Assembly: GCA_026390165.1 (NCBI GenBank)
Contig: JAPLGM010000025.1
Span: 29,768-93,767 of the forward strand
Source: Campylobacterales bacterium
GTDB lineage: Bacteria > Campylobacterota > Campylobacteria > Campylobacterales > Sulfurimonadaceae
DNA: 64,000 bases
Reading direction: 5' to 3'
Part shown: positions 19,258-28,338 of the stretch, in pieces
Layout of the letters: every line of letters begins with the position of its first letter
Position numbering within the stretch: the first letter of the stretch is position 1
The notes under the pieces: generated by a model
What the model was told of the DNA's origin: nothing
Databases searched by the model: none
What the model saw: the letters and a program-made list of their open reading frames with translations, nothing else
Position numbers and translations under genes: made by a program

Positions 19258-20436
19258 TTACTCCCCAGACTCTTTTGGCTTCAATGATTTAACATTGATA
19301 CGACGAGGAGGACGTGGGGGTGTTGACTCTGCTCTGGGAGCTGGTCTATCAAATGATTTTTTATCTCCAAACGGTTTCTTTGCATCAAATGGTTTCTTAT
19401 CTCCATACGGCTTTTTGTCTCCGAACGGTTTTCGATCACCAAACTCTTTTTTGCCATCTTTATCAAATGGTTTTTTGTCACCAAAGGGCTTCTTATCCCC
19501 ATAAGGTTTTTTATCCCCGTATGGCTTCTTGTCACCAAACGGTTTTTTGTCTCCGAACTCTTTCTTCTCTCCGAAAGGTTTTCGATCGCCAAACTCTTTT
19601 TTAGCGTCTTTATCAAATGGTTTTTTATCCCCATAAGGCTTTTTGTCTCCGAATGGTTTTTTGTCTCCATACGGTTTCTTATCGGCAAATGGTTTTTTCC
19701 CATCTTTATCAAACGGCTTCTTTTCACCGTAAGGTTTTCGCTCACCCTCAGCTCTTGGTGTATTGAATTTTTTTCGTTCATCATCAAAAAATACAGGTTT
19801 ATTGACATACTGTGTTCGGGCTGATTTTTCTTCATCTTGACGGGGAGTACCATCGATGTAGTGGTTACGGTCACGTGATTTTTTTGCAAACATCGGCTTA
19901 CCATTTTCGTCATACCCTAGAAAATCAGAGCTTCCTTTATCTTTTTTCGCCCATTTATCCCCTTTGGAGGCAGCCTCTTCTTCACGTGCAACACGTCGTG
20001 CTAACGCTTCAGCTTTGCTCTTTTGCTCTACGGCGATTCCAAAACTAGGCTCAAATCCTGCAACAGGATCTTGAATAATAGTGCGTCCTAGCAGAGTTTC
20101 GATTCCATAAAGATTCTTTTGGTCTTCATCACCCAACAAGATAAGGGCAATTTCACGAGCATGAGCAAAACGTGTCATATAAAGGATCGCTTTTTCAGGG
20201 AGATCGTAGCTAATGAGAACATCGTAGGTTGATTTTTCCGAAGCAATTAGCTCATCATCAGTGGCGATAGTGACATTCGCTGATGCGGTAATTTGAATAG
20301 TATTTGGATTTTGCGCCGTAAGGATCAGAACCTTTTTATCGGCATATTGGGGAAGTAAAAAATTGAGCAATTCATTTTTGCGCTCAGTGTTACAAGGGTG
20401 GATACGGTGGTTTTTACGTTGAATTTCAGATGACAC
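19258..20436 (-). CDS. Degenerate DEAD-box RecA2-like domain fused to a Lys/Asp/aromatic hexapeptide-repeat tail
   Basis: GTG start with RBS AAGGA. The segment VTIATDD...VLISYDLP...LYMTRF...LYGIETLLGRTI echoes the helicase C-terminal domain. Followed by GDKKP[F/Y] repeats. Confidence 0.7.
   Translation of the reverse strand: MSSEIQRKNHRIHPCNTERKNELLNFLLPQYADKKVLILTAQNPNTIQITASANVTIATDDELIASEKSTYDVLISYDLPEKAILYMTRFAHAREIALILLGDEDQKNLYGIETLLGRTIIQDPVAGFEPSFGIAVEQKSKAEALARRVAREEEAASKGDKWAKKDKGSSDFLGYDENGKPMFAKKSRDRNHYIDGTPRQDEEKSARTQYVNKPVFFDDERKKFNTPRAEGERKPYGEKKPFDKDGKKPFADKKPYGDKKPFGDKKPYGDKKPFDKDAKKEFGDRKPFGEKKEFGDKKPFGDKKPYGDKKPYGDKKPFGDKKPFDKDGKKEFGDRKPFGDKKPYGDKKPFDAKKPFGDKKSFDRPAPRAESTPPRPPRRINVKSLKPKESGE
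19351..19746 (-). repeat. Coding tandem repeat, 21 units of GDKKP[F/Y] and variants
   Basis: 18-nt period with three 8-aa DKD[G/A]KK[P/E]F units, counted from the translation. Confidence 0.9.
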
Positions 20437-20521
20437 AAAAGTCCTTTATGGTTGTAGCCTCGGTAATGAGGAGAAGCCGCTGTACGCGACACTATTTTAG
20501 TGGCGTGATTATAGCGGAATA

Positions 20522-21307
20522 TTACTTATAGGCTTTGATTCCCAACATTGTCTCAAGGGTGAGGAATGTATAACCCATTTGGATGAGTTTTTCGATAATC
20601 TCGGGGAGAGCTTCGACACTCGAATTATTGCTACGACCACTGTGCATGAGAATAATATCGCCATTTCGGACATTTGTAATCACATTTTCAATAATCGCAT
20701 TTTTATCGTTGAGTGCCCAGTCAAGGGAATCAAGAGACCATAAAACAGTGGTAAATCCATAAGTGTTGATGGTGTCAAGCGTTGTTTGGTTGATCGATCC
20801 GTAGGGGGGACGCATTAGGAGGGGGTATTTCCCCGTTAAATGTTGAATTTTCTCGCTCGTAGCGTTGAGTTGGGCTATCACTTCTTCGGAGGTTAGCCGT
20901 GTTAATCGTGGATGGGTAAAGCTATGATTAAGGACGAGATGCCCCTCATTGGATGCGCGTGTAACGGCTGTTGCATTAACATCGTTCATGGGCTCACCAA
21001 TCATAAAAAAACTCGCTTTGATATCATAGTATTTGAGAATATCGAGGACTTTATCGGTATTGTTTTCATCGGGGGAATCATCAAAAGTGAGGGTTACTGT
21101 TTTTTGAGTCGTATCCCCGTTGACGATAACATTCGTATAGTTCCCCTCTTGGACAGGGGTGATGGTATCGGTGCGCCATTGGTTTAGAAACTGGGTCATG
21201 TTGGCATCGATGGCAGGAGAGGAACCGTGAATATCGTAAATGAGTGAGGTATCGGCGAAAAGAGCTGTGTTGAGAAGTACAATAAGGAAAAAAAAGAGTC
21301 TATTCAT
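20522..21307 (-). CDS. Exported polysaccharide deacetylase (CE4/NodB)
   Basis: LTFDD, NHSFTH, RPPYG, LWSLDSLDW and IILMH motifs plus a signal peptide. Confidence 0.92.
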   Translation of the reverse strand: MNRLFFFLIVLLNTALFADTSLIYDIHGSSPAIDANMTQFLNQWRTDTITPVQEGNYTNVIVNGDTTQKTVTLTFDDSPDENNTDKVLDILKYYDIKASFFMIGEPMNDVNATAVTRASNEGHLVLNHSFTHPRLTRLTSEEVIAQLNATSEKIQHLTGKYPLLMRPPYGSINQTTLDTINTYGFTTVLWSLDSLDWALNDKNAIIENVITNVRNGDIILMHSGRSNNSSVEALPEIIEKLIQMGYTFLTLETMLGIKAYK

Positions 21308-21337
21308 GCGGGAATTATAGCGTGAAATCATCCTCTT

Positions 21338-22474
21338 TTAATCGAGAGTCTTTTTATAAAATTTAACCGCCAATGTCATCATAACGAGACCAATCACCAT
21401 AAGGGGCCAAATGTTCGGCCATAACATTGCTAAGTTATTATCTTTGAGGATGATTCCTCGAATGAGACGGTTGAAATAGGTGAGGGGGAGGAGTTCGCCT
21501 ACGTGTTGCGCCCATTTTGGCATCCCTGAAAAAGGGAACATAAATCCAGAGAGTAAAATACTCGGTAGAAAATAAAAGATCGTGAGTTGCAATGCCTGCA
21601 ACATATTTTGTGCCAAAGAAGAGATAGTAATACCGATAGTGAGATTAACGGCAATAAAGAGCAAGGCAACTTCATAGACCAAAACGATAGAGCCGTTAAA
21701 GGGGACATGGAACACAAAATGGGATGCTAAGAGAATAATTGTTGCTTGAATCAGTCCGATAAAGACGTAGGGGATAATCTTCCCCGTCATAATCTCAAGA
21801 GGTCGGGCAGGGGTGGCAAGGAGATTTTCCATCGTCCCCCGCTCCCGTTCACGGGTGATGGCGAGGGCGGTCATCATCGTAAGGGTCATCGTCATAATCG
21901 TTCCCATAAGCCCTGGAATAATATTGTATTGATTGATACCATCGGGATTATAAAGTCTATGAACTCGCACGTCAAAAGGCTTTTTTTGGTTTGAAAGCAT
22001 TGAGAAAGAGCCTGTTAAATCTTTTTTTGCAACGCTAGCTGTAATTCCCTCGATGGATGCAAGTGCCGTTGAGACAGCGACGGGATCGGTGGCATCGGCT
22101 TCAAAGAGAAGTGAGGGGTGTTCACCGCGTAAAAGCTTTTGGGTAAAGTCGCTAGGGATTGTGAGTATGAAAAGCACCTCCCCCTTTTGTAACGCCTCTT
22201 GCGCCTCTTCGGGGGTTGTCAATCGTGTGTCAATCGAAAAATACTCGGACGTTTGCATGGCGGATAGGAGAGAGCGGGTAAACTCACTATTGTTGTAAGA
22301 AACGACAGCGGTGGGGAGATGTTTGGGATCGGTGTTGATGGCAAATCCGAAAAGTGCCAGTTGGATGATAGGCAGTACGAGCATCATTGCAAAAGTAATA
22401 CGATCTCGTTTGAGTTGAAGAAACTCTTTTAAAACAATCGCCCACCATCGTGCTACGCTGAAGGGTTTAAACAC
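21338..22474 (-). CDS. ABC-2 type exporter permease (YbhR/S-like)
   Basis: RERERGTMENLLATP and LSGFMFP motifs. Confidence 0.92.
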   Translation of the reverse strand: MFKPFSVARWWAIVLKEFLQLKRDRITFAMMLVLPIIQLALFGFAINTDPKHLPTAVVSYNNSEFTRSLLSAMQTSEYFSIDTRLTTPEEAQEALQKGEVLFILTIPSDFTQKLLRGEHPSLLFEADATDPVAVSTALASIEGITASVAKKDLTGSFSMLSNQKKPFDVRVHRLYNPDGINQYNIIPGLMGTIMTMTLTMMTALAITRERERGTMENLLATPARPLEIMTGKIIPYVFIGLIQATIILLASHFVFHVPFNGSIVLVYEVALLFIAVNLTIGITISSLAQNMLQALQLTIFYFLPSILLSGFMFPFSGMPKWAQHVGELLPLTYFNRLIRGIILKDNNLAMLWPNIWPLMVIGLVMMTLAVKFYKKTLD

Positions 22475-23390
22475 TGTCGTCTCCGAAATTATCGGTCGAG
22501 TGTTTCATAAGATAGATAAAAACATCTTCGAGCGAGGTGGCAATTGGTTTGAAATTTTCCCCTTGTAATGCCGTTTCAATCGCGTGTGGATTTTTTCCGC
22601 TGACATGGAGGGTGGAGCCAAAAATAACGGTTTGTTCAATCGCCTCACGTTGCGCAAGGATTTTGGAAAGTCCCATCAACCCCTCACCGCTCACCTCGTA
22701 GGTAAATAACTCCTGACTTTCGATAATGCTTTTGGCACTCCCTTGCGCGAGGAGGTTTCCGTAAGCGATGTAGGCAAGCTTATGACACCTCTCTGCTTCA
22801 TCCATATAGTGGGTGCTAATGAGTACCGAAACCCCTTTTGATGCAAGCTCATGTAGCTCCTCCCAAAAATCTCTTCGTGCGCTGGGATCAACCCCTGCTG
22901 TGGGTTCATCTAGTAAAAGTAGTTTCGGATGGCGAAGCATACATGCGGCTAATGCAAGACGCTGTTTCCATCCCCCTGAGAGCGACTTCGCCAATTGAGA
23001 AGCACGGGAGGTGAGACCTAAATTGTGGAGCGCTTCGGTAACGATTTCTTTACGGTTGGCAAGCTCATAGACTCGCGCAACAAAGTCGAGGTTCTCACGA
23101 ATACTTAAATCTTCCCAATAGGAGAATTTTTGGGTCATGTAACCCACTTCACGCTTAATGGCATCGCTTTGGGTTGAAATATCGTATCCTAGACAATGCC
23201 CTGTTCCGCTATCAGGGGTCAATAATCCGCATAGCATTCGAATAGCCGTTGTTTTACCGCTTCCGTTTGGCCCTAAAAATCCGAGAATTTCTCCCCGTTT
23301 TACTTGGAGGGAGAGATCTTTGACGACGTGTTTATCACCGAAATATTTGTTCAACCCCTGCACGTCGATGGCAAAATCAGAGGGGATCAA
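22467..23390 (-). CDS. ABC exporter ATP-binding subunit (YbhF-like)
   Basis: GPNGSGKT, LSGGW and LLLLDEPT motifs. Start is uncertain (TTG 23390 or ATG 23432). Confidence 0.92.
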   Translation of the reverse strand: MIPSDFAIDVQGLNKYFGDKHVVKDLSLQVKRGEILGFLGPNGSGKTTAIRMLCGLLTPDSGTGHCLGYDISTQSDAIKREVGYMTQKFSYWEDLSIRENLDFVARVYELANRKEIVTEALHNLGLTSRASQLAKSLSGGWKQRLALAACMLRHPKLLLLDEPTAGVDPSARRDFWEELHELASKGVSVLISTHYMDEAERCHKLAYIAYGNLLAQGSAKSIIESQELFTYEVSGEGLMGLSKILAQREAIEQTVIFGSTLHVSGKNPHAIETALQGENFKPIATSLEDVFIYLMKHSTDNFGDDSV

Positions 23391-24342
23391 GGGAGACTTC
23401 CACGGGTTGCCCTGGATGAAGGAGCGGGGCATTTTTCACATCGGGATAAGCTTCAATCATATAAATGAGTTTCTCTTTTGTTTCATTGCTGTAGATGATC
23501 GGAGGGGTATATTCTGCTTCGGTTGAGATATAGGTGACGTGAGCAGGAAGTCTTTTCCCATCAGCACGAGAAACAAGGGTGACATTTTGCTCGATACGTA
23601 GATTTTCTGCAATCTTTTGCGGGACAAAAAAGCGGATTTTGATATTTTCAGGGGGGAGAAGACGGATAATAATTCCCCCTATAGGGACAAACTCTCCCTC
23701 ACGATAGAGGGTGTCAAAGACGAGAGCATTGCCATGGGCTTTGAGTCCCTTTTCATTCAGTTTCCATTGTGCTTGAGCGACGGATGCTGTGAGCTGTTTG
23801 ACTTGCGCCTCTTGCGCTTTAATCTGGTCGGGGCGTTTGGAGAGCTTGGCGACTTGCAATGAATCACGCAACTCATTTACTTTTCCTTGGGTACTTTGTG
23901 CGTGAGCCGTTGAGGTATCAAAGTCTGTTTTTGAGAGGGCATTGGCATTATAGAGCTGAGTATTACGATTGAGTTGCAACTGAGCATTTTCACTGTTGGC
24001 TACTGCTTGTGACAGTTGCGCTTCAATCACTTTTATCTCTTCGAGGCGTGCCCCTTTATTGGCATCATTGAGTGTTGATTGAGCAGCGGTTAGGGCTGAT
24101 GAAGCTTGTTGCAGTGCCAATATCTCATTGTCACACTCCAGTGCAAAAAGATTAGAACCATACTTGACGTTATCCCCACGTCTGACAAACAACTTATCAA
24201 GCCTTCCGCTTTGAGAAGAGGAGATATTGACAAACTCCCCCTCTGCGTAGCCTTGATACACTCTAGGAGTGTTTTTTTCGCATCCAAAGAAAAACAAGAT
24301 TACAAATAAAAAAATAGATAAAAAAGTCATAGTATGTTTCAT
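23377..24342 (-). CDS. HlyD/YbhG-type membrane fusion lipoprotein
   Basis: FFGC lipobox, coiled coil and AEYTPPIIYS motif. Confidence 0.88.
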   Translation of the reverse strand: MKHTMTFLSIFLFVILFFFGCEKNTPRVYQGYAEGEFVNISSSQSGRLDKLFVRRGDNVKYGSNLFALECDNEILALQQASSALTAAQSTLNDANKGARLEEIKVIEAQLSQAVANSENAQLQLNRNTQLYNANALSKTDFDTSTAHAQSTQGKVNELRDSLQVAKLSKRPDQIKAQEAQVKQLTASVAQAQWKLNEKGLKAHGNALVFDTLYREGEFVPIGGIIIRLLPPENIKIRFFVPQKIAENLRIEQNVTLVSRADGKRLPAHVTYISTEAEYTPPIIYSNETKEKLIYMIEAYPDVKNAPLLHPGQPVEVSLDPL

Positions 24343-24390
24343 CGGATTATTATACATAGAAAAATATTAAATAGGGAAGATTAGGGGGAT

Positions 24391-24427
24391 CAAGGGGATA
24401 AAACCCCTTGGCACTAATAAATTAGTG
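24391..24427. repeat. Two adjacent perfect palindromes
   Basis: CAAGGGG-ATAAAA-CCCCTTG and CACTAAT-AA-ATTAGTG upstream of the hlyD-like gene. Confidence 0.45.
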
Positions 24428-24490
24428 GTGCAAAAATGCACATAAGTAATAGCGTTATTATCAACTTATCCATAAGAAACCCCCTTCTAA

Positions 24491-24570
24491 ATACGAACTT
24501 GGAGGACAAAAAAAAAGGTCAGAGGATGATCAAGTCCCCCGACCTTAGTTTGTCGCTCCATTGTTCGTAT
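24491..24570 (-). other. 80-nt extended stem-loop containing a terminator-like inner hairpin
   Basis: Five stacked helices (8, 5, 6, 6 and 5 bp) with a U9 tract in the 3' arm on the minus strand. Confidence 0.5.
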
Positions 24571-24619
24571 GAAGAAGATGATAATAACAAAAAAATTATA
24601 GCTGTTGGAAATAGATAAG

Positions 24620-25888
24620 TCAATAGCTATGTATGGGGTTTGTTCCCAAACACCCCGCCACATACCCGCTAGAGAATGACCATTGCAAATTGTACCCACC
24701 GCACGGGCCATCGAGGTTCATCACTTCACCGCAGAAATAAAGCCCTCGTAACACTTTACTCTCCATTGTTTCAGGGCGTATCTCTTTGAGAGAAACTCCC
24801 CCACGGGTAATCATCGCCATTTTAAACCCATCATGCCCGATCACCGTGAGGGGTGTCCATGCGAGAAGTTTGAGGAGCTTATCACGCTGTATCCCCTCTA
24901 ATTTATTGAACCCTTCATCAGGATTGGCATCGGCTAAAAGAGACAGCTCCCGTGCGACCGATTCAGGGAGAAGGGTCATGATATGGGTCAGGGTTGATTG
25001 CTCAGGATTTTTATAAATTTGATTTTTGATATGGGTGCGTAGTTGCTCTTCGTTCATCCCTTTGGTCATATTGATCAGCAGCGGTACAGAGCCATACTTT
25101 TCGATCAACGGGGTAATCTCACGGGAAACATCGAGAACAACGGGTCCACGGATACCGTTTTGGGTGAAGATGAGGTCTCCATGGGCACGGATATTCTTCC
25201 CCTTTGGGTGGTCAACACGGATTTGGACTTTGGGTATCGTATCGGCACGACAAGCAGCACCCCAACGCTCTTGGGTACGCAATGGCATCATTGCAGGGTA
25301 AAGTTCCGTGATTTTATGCCCTACGGCAGACGCTATCGTAAAACCGTCCCCTTCGGCACCCAGCTGTGGATAACCAAGCCCACCTGTGGCAAGTATAACA
25401 TTTGGCGCGCTATAGGTTTGCGACTTCGTACTCACCCCACTCACACGCTCGCCATTGTATTCCAGTCTCTCCACCCGTGCCGAACACTCAACCGTAATCC
25501 CCAATCGTGCCATCTCCTCTTCGAGAGCCGTAATAATACTCACCGAACTATGAGAAACGGGAAAAACACGGTAGCCATCGGGCGCATGACTCTCCACCCC
25601 AATTTCGGCAAAAAATGCCATTAACGCTTTATGGTCAAAAGAACTCAAGGCAGGGGTCATAAATCGCCCATCCCGTCCGAAACGTCCCATAAAATCTTCA
25701 TTGGAGAGGGTATTCGTCAGATTGCACCGTCCCCCTCCTGTTGCTTTGAGCTTGGCGGCGATTTTGGAAAGTTTTTCAAGAAGCAGTACGGTATTACCAT
25801 TGCGTGCAGCGGTGATAGCAGCGATGAGACCCGCAGCCCCTGCACCGACGATGATTACGTTATAAGAAGTTTTGGATGAATTTTGCAT
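24620..25888 (-). CDS. HI0933/YhiN (BaiN-like) flavoprotein
   Basis: GAGAAG, KLKATGGGRCNLTN, GRVFP-like GYRVFP and GGYNLQW motifs. Confidence 0.92.
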   Translation of the reverse strand: MQNSSKTSYNVIIVGAGAAGLIAAITAARNGNTVLLLEKLSKIAAKLKATGGGRCNLTNTLSNEDFMGRFGRDGRFMTPALSSFDHKALMAFFAEIGVESHAPDGYRVFPVSHSSVSIITALEEEMARLGITVECSARVERLEYNGERVSGVSTKSQTYSAPNVILATGGLGYPQLGAEGDGFTIASAVGHKITELYPAMMPLRTQERWGAACRADTIPKVQIRVDHPKGKNIRAHGDLIFTQNGIRGPVVLDVSREITPLIEKYGSVPLLINMTKGMNEEQLRTHIKNQIYKNPEQSTLTHIMTLLPESVARELSLLADANPDEGFNKLEGIQRDKLLKLLAWTPLTVIGHDGFKMAMITRGGVSLKEIRPETMESKVLRGLYFCGEVMNLDGPCGGYNLQWSFSSGYVAGCLGTNPIHSY

Positions 25889-25963
25889 GGCGGTATTATA
25901 ACGAAGGAGAGACGTTGAGCGGTATAATAACGCTTAAAAGAAAAATTTGAGGTTTGAGAAATA

Positions 25964-26581
25964 ATGATACTCTGTGATATAGGCAATACAACGGCGGATA
26001 TTCTTAAGAATGGAAAAAAAAAAAAAATACCCCTTACCGAATTTGACCCTGAAGTATTTGAGGGGGACGTTTGGTATGCCAATGTTAACTGCGCATTAGA
26101 CGAAAAACTGAAAAATTTACCCCATTGGCAGAATATCACCACCTTGATCGAGAGAGAGAAATATTACCCGACAATGGGGATTGATCGGATATTGGTGTGT
26201 GAAGCGATAGAGGAGGGGGTGATCGTGGATGCGGGGAGTGCCATCACGGTGGATGTGATGAGCGATGGGGTTTATCAGGGGGGATTTATTTCCCTTGGAT
26301 TACGATCGGCACAAGAAGCCTACTCGCGATTATCCTCTGCATTGGAGGTGTCATTTAACTTTGAGGTAGATTTGGATAAAATGGCGAAAAATACCCCTGA
26401 TTCCGTTACGGTAGGGTTTTTGGCTCCGTTGATTCATGAAATTCAACGCGTTAACAAGCCGATTTATCTAACGGGAGGCGATGCACCGATTTTTGCACGC
26501 TATTTCACTGATGCTATTGTGGATGAGATACTGGTTTTTAAGGGTATGCAAAAGTTAATTAATAAAGGGTCTAAATGTTAA
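25964..26581 (+). CDS. coaX: Type III pantothenate kinase
   Basis: CDIGNT, MGIDR, IVDAGSAITVD and LTGGD motifs. Confidence 0.93.
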   Translation: MILCDIGNTTADILKNGKKKKIPLTEFDPEVFEGDVWYANVNCALDEKLKNLPHWQNITTLIEREKYYPTMGIDRILVCEAIEEGVIVDAGSAITVDVMSDGVYQGGFISLGLRSAQEAYSRLSSALEVSFNFEVDLDKMAKNTPDSVTVGFLAPLIHEIQRVNKPIYLTGGDAPIFARYFTDAIVDEILVFKGMQKLINKGSKC

Positions 26582-27195
26582 GTGTTGCACTGCCAAAAGG
26601 ACGAATCGCTGAGGATACGTTAGAACTTTTTGAGACGATTTTCGGAAGCAGTTTCAAATTCGATGATCGAAAACTCATTTTAGAGACAGAAAATTTTAAA
26701 TTTTTATTGGTACGTAATCAAGACGTGGCGACCTACGTTTACCACCAAGCTGCCGATATTGGGGTTGTTGGGCTTGATACACTCGAAGAGCAAGGGTTGG
26801 ATGTTATACGGCTTCTTGATCTCCAAAAAGGGAAATGCCGTGTTGCTATCGGTATGCGTGCAGGTGAACGTCCTGATTTTACGAAAAGTGAGATTAAAGT
26901 AGCAACGAAGATGATCAATATTACCAAACGTTATTTCGCCGAACGGGCGGTTGCTGCTGATATTATCAAGCTGTATGGTTCGATTGAGTTGGCTCCCCTT
27001 GTAGGACTTGCGGATATGATTGTTGATGTTGTTGAAACAGGCAGTACGATGAAGCAAAACGGGTTGGAAGTGGTGGAGACGATTATGGAATCGACCACCC
27101 ATCTCATTGCCAACAAAAATAGCTTTTTTGAGAAAAAGGGGGAGATATTGGATCTGTATGAAAAAATAAATAAACTCCTTTATCCGAAGATTTAA
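26575..27195 (+). CDS. hisG: ATP phosphoribosyltransferase, short form
   Basis: VALPKGR, ATK and KLYGSIELAP motifs. 206 aa with no C-terminal regulatory domain. Confidence 0.95.
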   Translation: MLSVALPKGRIAEDTLELFETIFGSSFKFDDRKLILETENFKFLLVRNQDVATYVYHQAADIGVVGLDTLEEQGLDVIRLLDLQKGKCRVAIGMRAGERPDFTKSEIKVATKMINITKRYFAERAVAADIIKLYGSIELAPLVGLADMIVDVVETGSTMKQNGLEVVETIMESTTHLIANKNSFFEKKGEILDLYEKINKLLYPKI

Positions 27196-27342
27196 CGTTT
27201 CCAACTGTTACCTATCGTTACTAACCTATTTTTCTCCCCCTCTTTGAGGGTTTTTATCCCTTTTATCTCTCTTTTATATCTCTTTTGTAATATTTTTTTG
27301 TTACCATATTCCAACGAGTAATAAAATCATTAGGAGAACTTC

Positions 27343-28338
27343 ATGGCACTTAAAGTAGCAATTAACGGAACAGGCAGAATAGGACTCATTGTAGCAAAAA
27401 TTATTGCCCAACGCAGTGATATTGAGTTGGTTGCATTGAACACAACGGCAAAACCTGAAATGTTGGAATATCTTCTTAAATTCGATAGCGTTCATCGTGG
27501 TATTGATGCAAAAGTGATTGATGAAAATACGATTATGATTGCAGGACAAAATGTTCGTATGTTTCGTGAGCGTGATATGGACAAAGTGGACTTCGGAGGT
27601 GCGGGTGCTGAAGTGGTTATCGAATGTACGGGTGTTTTCTTGACCCAAGAAACATGTCAAAAACATCTCAAAAACGGTGTTCGAAAAGTGGTTATGTCAG
27701 CACCTGCTACGGATGATTCTCCGATGTACGTTATTGGAGTCAACTCCGATAGTTACAAAGGGGAGGCAATTATCTCTAATGCAAGTTGTACAACTAACTG
27801 TCTTGGACCGATTACCAAAGTTTTGGATGATGCGTTTGGGATAGAAAACGCCCTTATGACGACAATTCACTCCTATACAAACGATCAAAATGTGTTAGAT
27901 GTTAAACACGCTAAAGATCCGCGTCGTGCCCGTGCAGCTGCCCTTAATATGATCCCAACTTCTACAGGTGCGGCAAAAGCAATCGGCAAAGTTATGCCAC
28001 ATCTTCAAGGGAAACTCAACGGTTATGCTATGCGTGTCCCTACCCCTGATGTTTCAGTAGTCGATTTAACAGCGAATCTCTCTCGTAGTGTGACCAAAGA
28101 GGAAATTTATGCTGCATTTACAGCGGCGAGTGAGGGGGCATTTAAAGGGCTAATCGAAGTTGACAACGACAAGCGTGTATCCTCTGATTTTATTGGTTCA
28201 ACCTTTAGTGCGACCTACGTTCCCGATATGACCAGTGTTGTTGGCGGGACGACGGTGAAGGTATTGGCATGGTATGACAACGAGTGGGGTTACAGCAGCC
28301 GCCTTGTAGATATGACCGTACTGGTTGGAAACCACTAA
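27343..28338 (+). CDS. gap: Type I glyceraldehyde-3-phosphate dehydrogenase
   Basis: NASCTTNCL active site and WYDNEWGYS motif. Confidence 0.97.
   Translation: MALKVAINGTGRIGLIVAKIIAQRSDIELVALNTTAKPEMLEYLLKFDSVHRGIDAKVIDENTIMIAGQNVRMFRERDMDKVDFGGAGAEVVIECTGVFLTQETCQKHLKNGVRKVVMSAPATDDSPMYVIGVNSDSYKGEAIISNASCTTNCLGPITKVLDDAFGIENALMTTIHSYTNDQNVLDVKHAKDPRRARAAALNMIPTSTGAAKAIGKVMPHLQGKLNGYAMRVPTPDVSVVDLTANLSRSVTKEEIYAAFTAASEGAFKGLIEVDNDKRVSSDFIGSTFSATYVPDMTSVVGGTTVKVLAWYDNEWGYSSRLVDMTVLVGNH

Noticed and set aside
19351-19746. Regular short repeats as a possible CRISPR array
   Set aside because: The 18-nt period is degenerate at third codon positions, has no unique spacers and lies in frame in a CDS. 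No cas genes are present.
17629-20436. YcaO plus a repetitive ORF as a RiPP cluster
   Set aside because: The genes are convergent, the repeats lack Cys/Ser/Thr cores, and there is no leader, protease or tailoring enzyme.
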